In this document: in pieces, positions 47,898 to 57,328 of the stretch
Layout: every line of letters starts with the position of its first letter
Numbering within the stretch: position 1 is the first letter of the stretch
IMG/VR virus record: IMGVR_UViG_3300047089_000244
Span: 32,001 to 96,000 of that record
Length of the DNA stretch: 64,000 bases
Origin: a virus
Reading direction: 5' to 3' (one strand)
The notes under the pieces: model-generated
The model's input: the letters and a program-made list of their open reading frames with translations, nothing else
What the model was told of the DNA's origin: nothing
Database searches by the model: none
Position numbers and translations under genes: made by a program

Positions 47898-49534
47898 TAG
47901 AGGCTTCCTGCGAAGTCATTCGCGGTTTGTACATCGTGAATCGTACCTCCGTCTTCTCCTCGGCTAACAGAGGATGGTTCTTCCTCCATAGGCTCCGTAG
48001 AACCAAAATCCCAGGTAGTTGGGGCATCTAGGCGCAGACTTGGATTGAGAGCCTTAAGCGCCATTTGAAGGCCCTCTACGTCGCCATCTGCATCTTCGAA
48101 GTCACGGTCAAGGCATCCTTGGTCCCGTACGGTGCCATTGGGGCGAATAACTAGGTGATGAGCATTTCCTGGCTGGGAATAGTTCTCGTCATCGCCCCAG
48201 ACATCAGGATGTGTGCGGTCGTCGGCCCATGTTTGAAGCGCTCCTGTATCTGGGAAATATAGCCCCTTGCCGGACTTTCCAAGTTCCCAAGGTGCCGCTA
48301 CAGCAAATCTTCCACAACTATCGCGCATACCACCTATTAGAGATGCGATTCGCGGCCACTCTATGGGTTGCCAGGCCCCGTTGCGCATTTCGCCCGGCTG
48401 GAGAGCCTCGGGAGGGATCACGCCTCGATATCCAACATGTTTACCTCGTGTAATTTGACGCTCTGTTTCTGAGGGAACATTACCAAATCCCATAGCCTCT
48501 GCCATTTGCCCTAGCGAATCATATCCTTTTTGTGGACTTACAAAACTATCAATTTTCTCATTAGGAAGCATATCATCCTCATCTGGATTAAGATGCTGGG
48601 GAGCAAGGTAAGCCGGATTGACTTTCAAGACAATCGGTTCTTCAGGAGGATTAGATTTCCGATTGACATCATCGAGTGCGCGATCCCAAGCATCTTTGGG
48701 ATTTTGTGCCATATAGACATGTCCTGGTCGAGGCATAAGCCACTGTTGATGTGCCGTATCGTAGGTTGACCCTCCGGCAATAGGGGAATCCCACGGATGC
48801 AATCCATGCTGCATGATTGACTCCAAACGAGCAGGGGTCGTGCCGTGATAAAGGCCATGCTCTCCTTTCTCTTGCCAATCGCGCCAATAGTCCTCACCAA
48901 CTGGCATAGCCACTCTCGCTTGAAAACTCCATATGCCCTGTGATGGATTGGTGCGCAAACGAGGATCTGCTGCTTCTGCCTGCGCCGCTACTTTACCATA
49001 GTTCTCCGGATGAGAAGACCAGCTATTGTCATCGAAGACGTTGAGCATCCCCTCTGGGGTGATCCCAAAAGCGGTATCGAACATGTCGTGGTGCTCATAA
49101 TGACCCGGTTCTCCGTTGATGCCAAAAGCCCTTTCGGCATATTCTGGATGTGTTGGCGAACCGTCTTGGTTTGGACCGACACCCCAGGTATGCACTGCGC
49201 CATCGTGAATGAGACCCTTTCCCCATTGACCAGGCTCCCATCCTAACTGATGTTGAGTAACCGATTGGAATCGCCACTTGTTAGTCGGCACGAGGCGTGG
49301 ATCGAGCTTATCGATGTCAGCAGGACCCTCATAGACTTTGCCCTCTGGGCCGATTTCGAATGCGTTATATTCGGTATAGGGATTGGTGTCATGAGCCCCA
49401 AGCGCCTGCTCTAGGTATTCCGGATGGTTCGGCGTTCCATCTTGACGATCAACATTCCAGGTGTGCGTCTCTCCCTTAGGAGTCACGATCCCCTTGCCGT
49501 GGTTGCCGGGAGTCCAATTGAGTACATGTCCCAT
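47897..49534 (-). CDS. Repeat-domain protein with a central ADP-ribosyltransferase (Tpt1/KptA-like HGT) domain
   Basis: LYHGTT...SIMQHGL.P...HVYMA...IVLKV...IPPEAL; three W-x-(P/L)G-x-x-GKG repeats. Confidence 0.7.
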   Translation of the reverse strand: MGHVLNWTPGNHGKGIVTPKGETHTWNVDRQDGTPNHPEYLEQALGAHDTNPYTEYNAFEIGPEGKVYEGPADIDKLDPRLVPTNKWRFQSVTQHQLGWEPGQWGKGLIHDGAVHTWGVGPNQDGSPTHPEYAERAFGINGEPGHYEHHDMFDTAFGITPEGMLNVFDDNSWSSHPENYGKVAAQAEAADPRLRTNPSQGIWSFQARVAMPVGEDYWRDWQEKGEHGLYHGTTPARLESIMQHGLHPWDSPIAGGSTYDTAHQQWLMPRPGHVYMAQNPKDAWDRALDDVNRKSNPPEEPIVLKVNPAYLAPQHLNPDEDDMLPNEKIDSFVSPQKGYDSLGQMAEAMGFGNVPSETERQITRGKHVGYRGVIPPEALQPGEMRNGAWQPIEWPRIASLIGGMRDSCGRFAVAAPWELGKSGKGLYFPDTGALQTWADDRTHPDVWGDDENYSQPGNAHHLVIRPNGTVRDQGCLDRDFEDADGDVEGLQMALKALNPSLRLDAPTTWDFGSTEPMEEEPSSVSRGEDGGTIHDVQTANDFAGSL

Positions 49535-49628
49535 ACATATTAGGGTCTAGATCGCATCGCTTGACATGCCCTAGAGGGTTGTGCTACTCTGACCGATTCA
49601 CAATCCACAACAAAGGAGTAGGAGAACA

Positions 49629-50024
49629 ATTTCGTTTGCTACTACAGCCGCAGTACTCATAGCATTTCTGCCGTTTTCCGTAGTTCACCATCCGCATCAC
49701 GTCCATCATCGCCACCATCACTACCATCACCAGCCTACACTAAGTCTGGCGACCGCATCTTGGTACGAAGATGGAATCGAAAATACCGCCTGTGGCGACC
49801 ATCTGAACGATGGCTATGCACAGGGCATATATGGCGTATTGAGCACCTACTGGCCATGTGGAACCCGTGCAGAATTTTGCTACGCTGGTCGTTGTGTCAT
49901 CGGTACGCGCGAGGACTCTGGTCCATACATTATAGGCCGGACGTTTGATCTCACGCCGAGTCTCAAGGCCGACCTCGGATGCACCGATCTATGCCCTTTG
50001 AAATGGCGTAAGCTATCGGCTTGA
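49629..50024 (+). CDS. RlpA-like (double-psi beta-barrel) lytic transglycosylase with signal peptide and His-rich linker; probable ATT start
   Basis: Manual translation ISFATTAAVLIAFLP..HHPHHVHHRHHHYHH..ASWY..TACG..PCGT..DSGPY..GRTFDLT; SD AGGAG; no in-frame ATG/GTG upstream. Confidence 0.75.
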   Translation: MSFATTAAVLIAFLPFSVVHHPHHVHHRHHHYHHQPTLSLATASWYEDGIENTACGDHLNDGYAQGIYGVLSTYWPCGTRAEFCYAGRCVIGTREDSGPYIIGRTFDLTPSLKADLGCTDLCPLKWRKLSA

Positions 50025-50056
50025 CAGACGGGCGCATCATCTGCTAGACTCCGTAT

Positions 50057-50170
50057 TGTTGCAGCCCTCTGAGTCGAGCAGAGTAGAGCGCGACACCCCA
50101 CTCGTGATGAGGGTGGGGACTCGTAGGTCATCAGTATAGAGCCCAGACTTCCCCCGGAGTCTGGGCTCTT
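50057..50170 (+). ncRNA. Candidate small RNA 2
   Basis: TTGACA(50021)-N18-TAGACT(50045) promoter, three hairpins, 12-bp terminal stem 50138-50169, next promoter immediately after. Confidence 0.5.
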
Positions 50171-50222
50171 GCTGTTGTAGGGTCTTGACGCGCCGCACAG
50201 ATAGCTGATATACTGCCGCTTC

Positions 50223-50441
50223 ATGATCCTGACCCCCGAGTACCAACTGCATGCAATCGCTACAACGGGCGAAACCCTCATGTTGCTTGGGCCATATGAT
50301 TCGCTAGAGGAGGCAGAAGGGAAGAAGCATGGTGGAGAACAAATGCCACATCTATCTGGCGTAAAGTGGATCATCATGGAACGCGCTGTGACCCAATGGG
50401 ACCCGGTTGCCAATCCATCCAACTGGCCGGAGGAGGACTGA
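50223..50441 (+). CDS. Hypothetical protein (leaderless)
   Basis: TTGACG...TATACT promoter 8 nt before ATG. Confidence 0.6.
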   Translation: MILTPEYQLHAIATTGETLMLLGPYDSLEEAEGKKHGGEQMPHLSGVKWIIMERAVTQWDPVANPSNWPEED

Positions 50442-51703
50442 TGATCTATCTCGTGATCCGTACCATCGCTCCGCTCTCGACGCCGTGGGGCGCTTCTACA
50501 ATAATCATGACTCCGCACGAATACGTCGAAGCCATCTTCAAAGACAAATCTGACGCTGAAAGCTATATCGATAACTTCCCTGATTCTGACTTGGGAGTCT
50601 TCCGAATCGATGAAAGGATGCTTCAATGAAGTTTACGCACTCCAAGACGGTGTGGAATCCCAAAGACGAGTATCGTTGTACAGTCGTATCCGATTGGGAT
50701 GACCATCCGGACCATCCGGACATCATAGGGACTGTCTGTAGCACTCCTGAGGAAGCCCTCACGAACGCACGTAAGCAAGCTGGCAACCTCCACCTCCTCA
50801 GGCAGGGTCATGGCTATCGCATGGAACACCGCACAGTCTCAAGTTGGTGTTTCTGGTGAGCGAGATCCCGAGCCTGACGGGTCGCGAGCAGCGTCTCGTG
50901 GGTAAGTGGCATGACGTGGAGGAGTCATCGTGAACATCCTGATCTTCAAGCGCACGCACGAGACGGGCAATCCCTACATCGCGGGCCATCGGTACGTCAG
51001 CACGTACGCGCTCAAACTGCACTGGTTCGCCATCAAACTGACCTTCACGGAGTACAACAAGGGCTACGGTTTCTGCACCTGGTATCCGTTCGCATTCTAC
51101 TGGGCTGTGCCGTCCACCAAACTGCGCCTGTGGCGCACGCGCTGGCGCATCCTCGGCCTGCATATCCACAAACGCCCAACCCCAGGAGTGATCGGATGAA
51201 ATGGTTTCGCCGTAGCGAGCGCTTACTTATCCCTATCCCTGTCCCTCAGAAGACCCCGTTTGAGCTTCGCATCGACGGCGTGGTCGTCGGTAAGTATGCC
51301 ACGTACGAGGAAGCCCTCGACAATACCCCTGATTATGAGCGGGAAGGGCGGGAGGCGTACGAGAAGCGCTACAGGTGCAACTGGGACATTAGCGAGCGCC
51401 TTTACGGTCGCCTCTTCAACAAGGCATTCGGCTATAGGCCAGGGACGACTTCGACGGCTGACATGGCGTGCATGGGCGTACCCATTGCGCCGCAATGCAT
51501 CAGCAATGATAAGTGATGCGTACTCTTGATACTGCTAATCCCGAGGATGCGATATGGGTGTCCTGCCCTGAGTGCGACGCGCTACCGGGTGATCGCTGCA
51601 AGCTCGATCCGTTGCTCGCCGGGCAGCCCGGCTACGACAAAGCGGTCCATCAAGTTCGCATCTCGTCTATGTGCTACCTTGATGAGCTAGAGCATGAGGC
51701 GAC

Positions 51704-52003
51704 ATGAAAGAGATCATCTTCCCCACACGCGCAGTCAATATACGGACTGAACACTACGATGAGTTCTGTGGACGTGGTAGTAAGTGGGGCAACCCTTTTA
51801 CACATCTCCCTCTCGACCAGACAACCGCTCAATTTGCCGTGGCGACTCGCGAGGAGTCGATTAAAGCATATGAAGAGTGGTACGAGACTCAGGAGCATCT
51901 CAAGAGAGATATACACAAACTTAAGGGGTTGCACCTGGGTTGTACCTGTAAGCCAAAGCCATGTCATTGCGATTTCCTCGCCAGAAAGGCAGATGAATCA
52001 TGA
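51704..52003 (+). CDS. DUF4326-family protein
   Basis: GRGSKWGNPF..LKGLHLGCTCKPKPCHCDFL. Confidence 0.85.
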   Translation: MKEIIFPTRAVNIRTEHYDEFCGRGSKWGNPFTHLPLDQTTAQFAVATREESIKAYEEWYETQEHLKRDIHKLKGLHLGCTCKPKPCHCDFLARKADES

Positions 52004-52097
52004 ACGTGCATTATTACAACCGGAGAGAAAAATTCGCCCTATGGAGCGTACGTAAGGTCCTGGGCTTCCTCGAACGTGTGGATCATCTGTGGCCGCG

Positions 52098-52655
52098 ATG
52101 AAGCCCCTCTTCATTGCAGAGATCAAGACTCGATCTCCCTTCGGGTTCGAGTCTGAGCATCCGTGGAAGAAGCTACTTGATGTTGCTATCCAGCATGGCG
52201 ATATGGTGGCGGCGCACGTCGATCCAAGATGGGGCGGCGACAACGAGAAGTTGCAGCAAGCTTCCGACCTGGCGCACAAGAACGGCAAGCTGTGCTTCGC
52301 TAAGGGCACCCACCCCCGTGACATCGATATCCTCAACTCGCTCTACCACGGAGCGGATCTTGTACTGGTTGTTGGTCGTCAGCCGCCCCGCGAGCTAGCT
52401 CCAGTATGCATCTGGGAGCCGACCAATCTAGATGAGATCGTCGCAGCCAAAGACCCCGCTCAGAAAATCATGTGGAACGAACGCGACCTCTCTACCGGCC
52501 TACTTCGTAGAGACGCCGATTTTACGATGGCTCGCTGGGCACACAAGGGCTGGATGGCGCAGGCAAGCTTCATCGCCAAGCCTGAGGATATCCGTCCTAG
52601 CGCCGACGCTTTCATTGTCGGCGAGAATCTGATACCCTTCGTAGAGGCGCTATGA
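52098..52655 (+). CDS. TrpC/IGPS-like truncated TIM-barrel protein
   Basis: FIAEIKTRSPFG, FAKG, GADLVLV, NERDLSTG and DAFIVG motifs. Confidence 0.65.
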   Translation: MKPLFIAEIKTRSPFGFESEHPWKKLLDVAIQHGDMVAAHVDPRWGGDNEKLQQASDLAHKNGKLCFAKGTHPRDIDILNSLYHGADLVLVVGRQPPRELAPVCIWEPTNLDEIVAAKDPAQKIMWNERDLSTGLLRRDADFTMARWAHKGWMAQASFIAKPEDIRPSADAFIVGENLIPFVEAL

Positions 52656-53672
52656 GACGACTACTAGCCATCCCTGCGGTTCCCTTCTTTGTGCTCGGCG
52701 AAGCGTGTTGCTTCGTCATTATGTTCTTTCGCTGGATAGGTGGCCTCGGTGGCGAGCGTCTCAAGATCAATTGGTAAGGAGTAATGTTATGAGGTTCCAC
52801 CTACATACCTGGAAGGATCATGGGTTATCCACTTCTGCTCTGCCTGTGCGTTACTGTACGCGATGTGGTAGGGTCGAGTACTACATCAATCTCAGAGCGC
52901 GTTGGGAGCATGATCCCAAGCTAGAAAGTAACGAAATGGACACCAAGCCTCATGAATGATACAGATGTCCTCGTAAATGCTCCTGGGAGCCCGTTTGACG
53001 GGATTACTCTAGCGCAGGCGCATGTACTCAACGATGCCATCGGATGGCGTAGGGTAGAGGTTATCGGTGGCAGGGGTGAGTTAAAGCACAAGCCAGTTGA
53101 GTATGTCTTTCATCGTGTCATATTGCCCGGTGCAATAACGACCGACCCCTTCTCCGGGATTGGAGATCTCGAACTCTGGCGATGGGAGAACGGGATGGGG
53201 TGTCGTCATACTACGCGCGTGCTGTCGATGTGGCTTGTGCGCAGCTTCAAGGTAATAGAAGCTCCTGAGCTATCCCCTTGTATTCAGTGCGGAGCGCTGC
53301 TAACTCAATCGGAGTTGAAAGACGCAGGCGCTCTCTTCTGGGACGGCGATATCGACTATGACTATGAATCACGGCTCGAATGCAAGAAATGCTGGGAGAG
53401 TGAGTGGTGAGCGATCCAATCACTAATACCTGTGAATACTGTGGGTCTTCAGACGTAATGGACGATGCCTGGTGGTGCGATAGCCCGGAGTGCTGGGAAG
53501 CCTACAGTCACGAAGAAGACAAGCGTATGAAATACGAGCATCGCACACCGCTCACCATACACAAGGCCGTCCTAGACCTGAGCACAACCAGAGCCTCGGT
53601 CTGGGGACCCTCCTTTACCAAGATCGAACGCGCAGCCGAAGGACTTGCTCGACTGGCACGACTACCCGTCCA

Positions 53673-54035
53673 CTAAGAGCGCGCAATCAGCGAACGGTGT
53701 AGCTCATGTGTGAATTCCTCGAACTTATCTTTGAGGTAATCGGGTTCGTCTGCGATGCTTTCGCGTAGATTAGGCTCAAAAAGAACGATAAGATCGACCA
53801 AGCTTTCATACGCAGCCATAGCCCTATCTAGTTCCTCTTTCAGATCAGAGTTCCTAATCCACTCCTCTGTCAATTCGTCGTAGAGGTCGTCAAAACCCTC
53901 CTCTAACGTTACATACCTCTTCTCTACCTTTACATACCGTTCATGAGCGTCATGAGCGTCATCAATCGCATCATCTGCTCGGTCCTCGGCATCATCTGCT
54001 CGGTCCTTCCAGTAGTTCTCATCAATTGTAGCCAT
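53673..54035 (-). CDS. Acidic coiled-coil protein (leaderless)
   Basis: TATAGT 6 nt upstream of ATG 54035; DRADDAEDRADDA repeats. Confidence 0.6.
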   Translation of the reverse strand: MATIDENYWKDRADDAEDRADDAIDDAHDAHERYVKVEKRYVTLEEGFDDLYDELTEEWIRNSDLKEELDRAMAAYESLVDLIVLFEPNLRESIADEPDYLKDKFEEFTHELHRSLIARS

Positions 54036-54070
54036 GACTCCACTATAGCAGATGTGATACACTGAACAAC

Positions 54071-54295
54071 ATGGATAAGCTGACCAACGAAGACATGCGC
54101 GTCATCCACGAAGAATTCGTGGACAAGTACTTTCGCGGCAACGACAACATCGTTGGCGTCACGCGCATCAAACGCACGCCGTTCTCGTGGGCGATCCTCG
54201 TGACAGCCAAAAACCCCGCCTATGTCTCATGGCCCTATGAGTTCAAAGGCATGAAGGTGCTCGCGGAGCAGGGTGAGCCGGGTATCCTGTTATGA
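54071..54295 (+). CDS. Hypothetical protein (leaderless)
   Basis: TACACT 54058-63. Confidence 0.6.
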   Translation: MDKLTNEDMRVIHEEFVDKYFRGNDNIVGVTRIKRTPFSWAILVTAKNPAYVSWPYEFKGMKVLAEQGEPGILL

Positions 54296-54633
54296 GCAGA
54301 TCACGAGTCCTCCATATCACGATCCAGAAGGACTGCGACGTGCAGACCTTTCGCTGTGGTGGCAAGGGCGGTCAGAACAAAGACAAGCGCGATACAGGGG
54401 TCCGAGTCATCCATCGTGTCTCAGGCGCTCGTGGCGAATCGAGGGAGGGGCGCTCCCAACTGGTCAACAAGAAGGTTGCCTTTAGGCGTATGGCAGAATC
54501 TCCGGAGTTCAAACTTTGGCTTCGTCAAGCCCATGCAGAAGCGTCTATAGAGATTGATCGTTGGAAGGAACAAACAGAGCAATGGCTAGACGAAGAAATG
54601 CGCCCCGAGAACCTCTTGATCGAGTACAGCTAG
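54292..54633 (+). CDS. Peptide chain release factor-like (GGQ) peptidyl-tRNA hydrolase domain protein
   Basis: FRCGGKGGQNKDKRDTGVRVIH..SG..GRSQLVNKKVAF. Confidence 0.9.
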   Translation: MSRSRVLHITIQKDCDVQTFRCGGKGGQNKDKRDTGVRVIHRVSGARGESREGRSQLVNKKVAFRRMAESPEFKLWLRQAHAEASIEIDRWKEQTEQWLDEEMRPENLLIEYS

Positions 54634-54829
54634 TCTGATACACTGCGCTTATGAGCAGCTTAGAGGAGGAAGATCCCGCAGCGGCTATCCGTGCCCTTGA
54701 GGAGGGTATCGCCGATCGCAAGCGGCACATCCTATCCCATGAGATTGACATGAAACGACATCGAGAGGACCTCTACACGATGCACGAAACGCTCGGTATG
54801 GTACGAGCCCGACACCCGGAGCTAAAGCC

Positions 54830-55481
54830 ATGAGCACAGAAGCCATACTCTGGATCGTCTACGGAGTCATCGCACTCCTGGCGTGGTATCCTCTCACGAC
54901 ATGGTGGTACAAAGATTACGATTCGGCTCAGGAAAACGGAGCCTGGGGACTCTTCATCTCTGTTCTATGGCCAGCGACAATGATCATATGGCTCACCTAT
55001 CGCCTTTGTAAATACGTCGGGGAACGAGCAAAGCGTCCACTATGAACACTCTTGAACTGATCTCCCTCGTCATCTATGGCAGCATATTCCCAATCGTTTG
55101 GCTAGGTTGGGCAGCCTTTCTACTTGATGACGATATGGAAGTGACTCAAGTTGAGGCTGGGGGTATGGGATTCATCCTTGCGCTTCTCTGGCCGATATCG
55201 CTTTTCGGAGTTGTGTGTATATACATTTTCCGTTTCGTTGGCTGCCTGGCATCCAAAATATGACGACCCTCGGACTCATCCTATTTATCGTTTATGGCTC
55301 CGGTATCTTACCTTCGTGGATAATCATCACGCGCGAATTTTTGAAAGACGAATCTGAGTCGGAGGGTGAGGCGGCAGGTTATGGCTTCATATTTGCTTTG
55401 GTATGGCCAATATTCACTGCATGTTGGCTAATAGGACGTTTCTTTGGCTTCGCCGGAAAGCAAATGAAGCGTGGCTTATAA
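54830..55481 (+). CDS. Three tandem paralogous small membrane proteins (54830-55045, 55042-55263, 55260-55481)
   Basis: Each has IxYG, an acidic loop and a ..(L/V)WP.. helix; ATGA-coupled. Confidence 0.65.
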
Positions 55482-57328
55482 CAACCCTCCGATAGCAGGC
55501 CCCGGTTCAGAGATGCTGACCTTCCTCCCGGCCGCATACGGTCACTGCGGCATCTGCGGGTACACGGGGCGTGTCAAGGCAGCACGTCAGGCGCGCTGCG
55601 GGGAGAAAAATGGCTGGCGCGTCTGGTTGGAGCGTTGCGCAGATGAAGAGTCTTGGAGCCTCTGGCGCGCTTCACCGGAGCGAGCGGAGACTGTGGGGTG
55701 GCTCCATGCATTATGAAACAAAGGCTGCCATGAAATTCGTCGGGCTAGCTGGACTCCTCTACACGATGATTATGGTGCCCGCTCTGCATTTTGGGGTCCA
55801 TCATTGGCATTGGCTAACGGCGCTTGGAGTCTGTGCTCTTCCGTTCTTTATAGCATTAGTCTTGATTTGGTTATGCGGAGAGTAGCTCGAATGAATCAAC
55901 CGATCAATATGCGAACATTTGTAATCGTTGAGTGTATTCACAATATGATGATCGTAGACTCGGAGAGTCGGGTCGGCCTCGATGGAGCTACGCTGTGGGT
56001 TGGCTGCGAACGAACATACGAATGTCCCAAATGCCAGTTCCCGACCGGGAATGATCAGAAGCAAGGTGTCGGGTTGCACCTATTCAACGTTCTGGAGGTC
56101 GCATGATGCATCACTCTGGGTCCACCATTCTCTTCCGGCCTGACCATGCTCCGACGTTCTGTCAGCGACTTGGCAGTGGCTATAATCCAATGCATCTGCG
56201 ACTCTTCGAGAAGTTTGGTACGGATGGTCCGGCGAACAAAGTCTGGAATCGTCTCTTCACGGATGTAATCCCAATTTGCTCAGAGCTTAGGGTAGTCACC
56301 TTCATTCATTCGACGTACGCATCGAAAGCTGCTCTCTACATAGAGGAATACTGTAACTGCAAAATCCTCTCTGAGAATCCGCCTGATCCCAAGTATGAAG
56401 GTACGATGGATATCATCTCAGAAGTGACTATTTCATGTGCCGAGATTATACGCCAAAAACTTCCCAATAACACTTCAGGACCCAAGCCCATTATAACAGA
56501 TTAATATCGCACGTCTCATGACCAAATCACAAGCTATCAAAACTATCGAAGAGTGTCGGGATATTCACCAAGGGTGGGTAGATCACGATGCGCTTAAGAA
56601 TCAAATGGAACATGATATAGGTGGCGACAAAGATTGGCATGAAAAATGGGTCAAGAAATACAACGGCGTTCTGGAGATCCTGCGCGCGGGAGTATGATCC
56701 GACCATTCATGTAACGTTTGAGGCGAAACTCTTGCGCAGACTGTAACCCGCTACGAGATATCGTCAAAGATTTCGGTCCCAACGTTACATGTCCTGCGTA
56801 AAAGGACCCTCCTGCGGGCTCGCGCAGGAAATGCTATAATGACAGCATGGACCAGATCAAGCGCATCAAGGCTTCGCTGTTGCAACCAGGAGATCGTCTG
56901 CATGTCGAAACCGAGAAGCCACTTGTTAGCGTCATACATCGCGATCAGAAAGATGTATTGGTCTGGCGGAAGCAAGATGAGGAAGCTCCGTGGGACGTAT
57001 TCCCCGAGGACAAGTGGATTACGATCTATCGACCCTCCGCTAAGCAACCCGTCTGCCCCGACGGCGGCACCTGCCATCACGAGTGCCAGGGGCGGGATTG
57101 CTTCCGTGTGGACTGCTGTGAACCGCTCTCAGGCGTATACGTGGATGATGAGTGGCCGAAGGGTCTGCGCACGTAAAGACTCGTAAAGCGGACCGCAGCA
57201 GTCCGCTTCTCGTATAAGAGACATCAAAACTGATGCTTTAGCCCCCTTTTTGGTCGATAAGGCATCACAACTGATGGCCCTCAACACGATCTAGCAGGAT
57301 GTATCGATCTCTGCTACACTGTGCAGCT

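Noticed and set aside
54292-54633. Stop-codon reassignment suggested by the release-factor gene
   Set aside because: Long genes are intact in code 11, and TAA, TAG and TGA all terminate well-supported genes.
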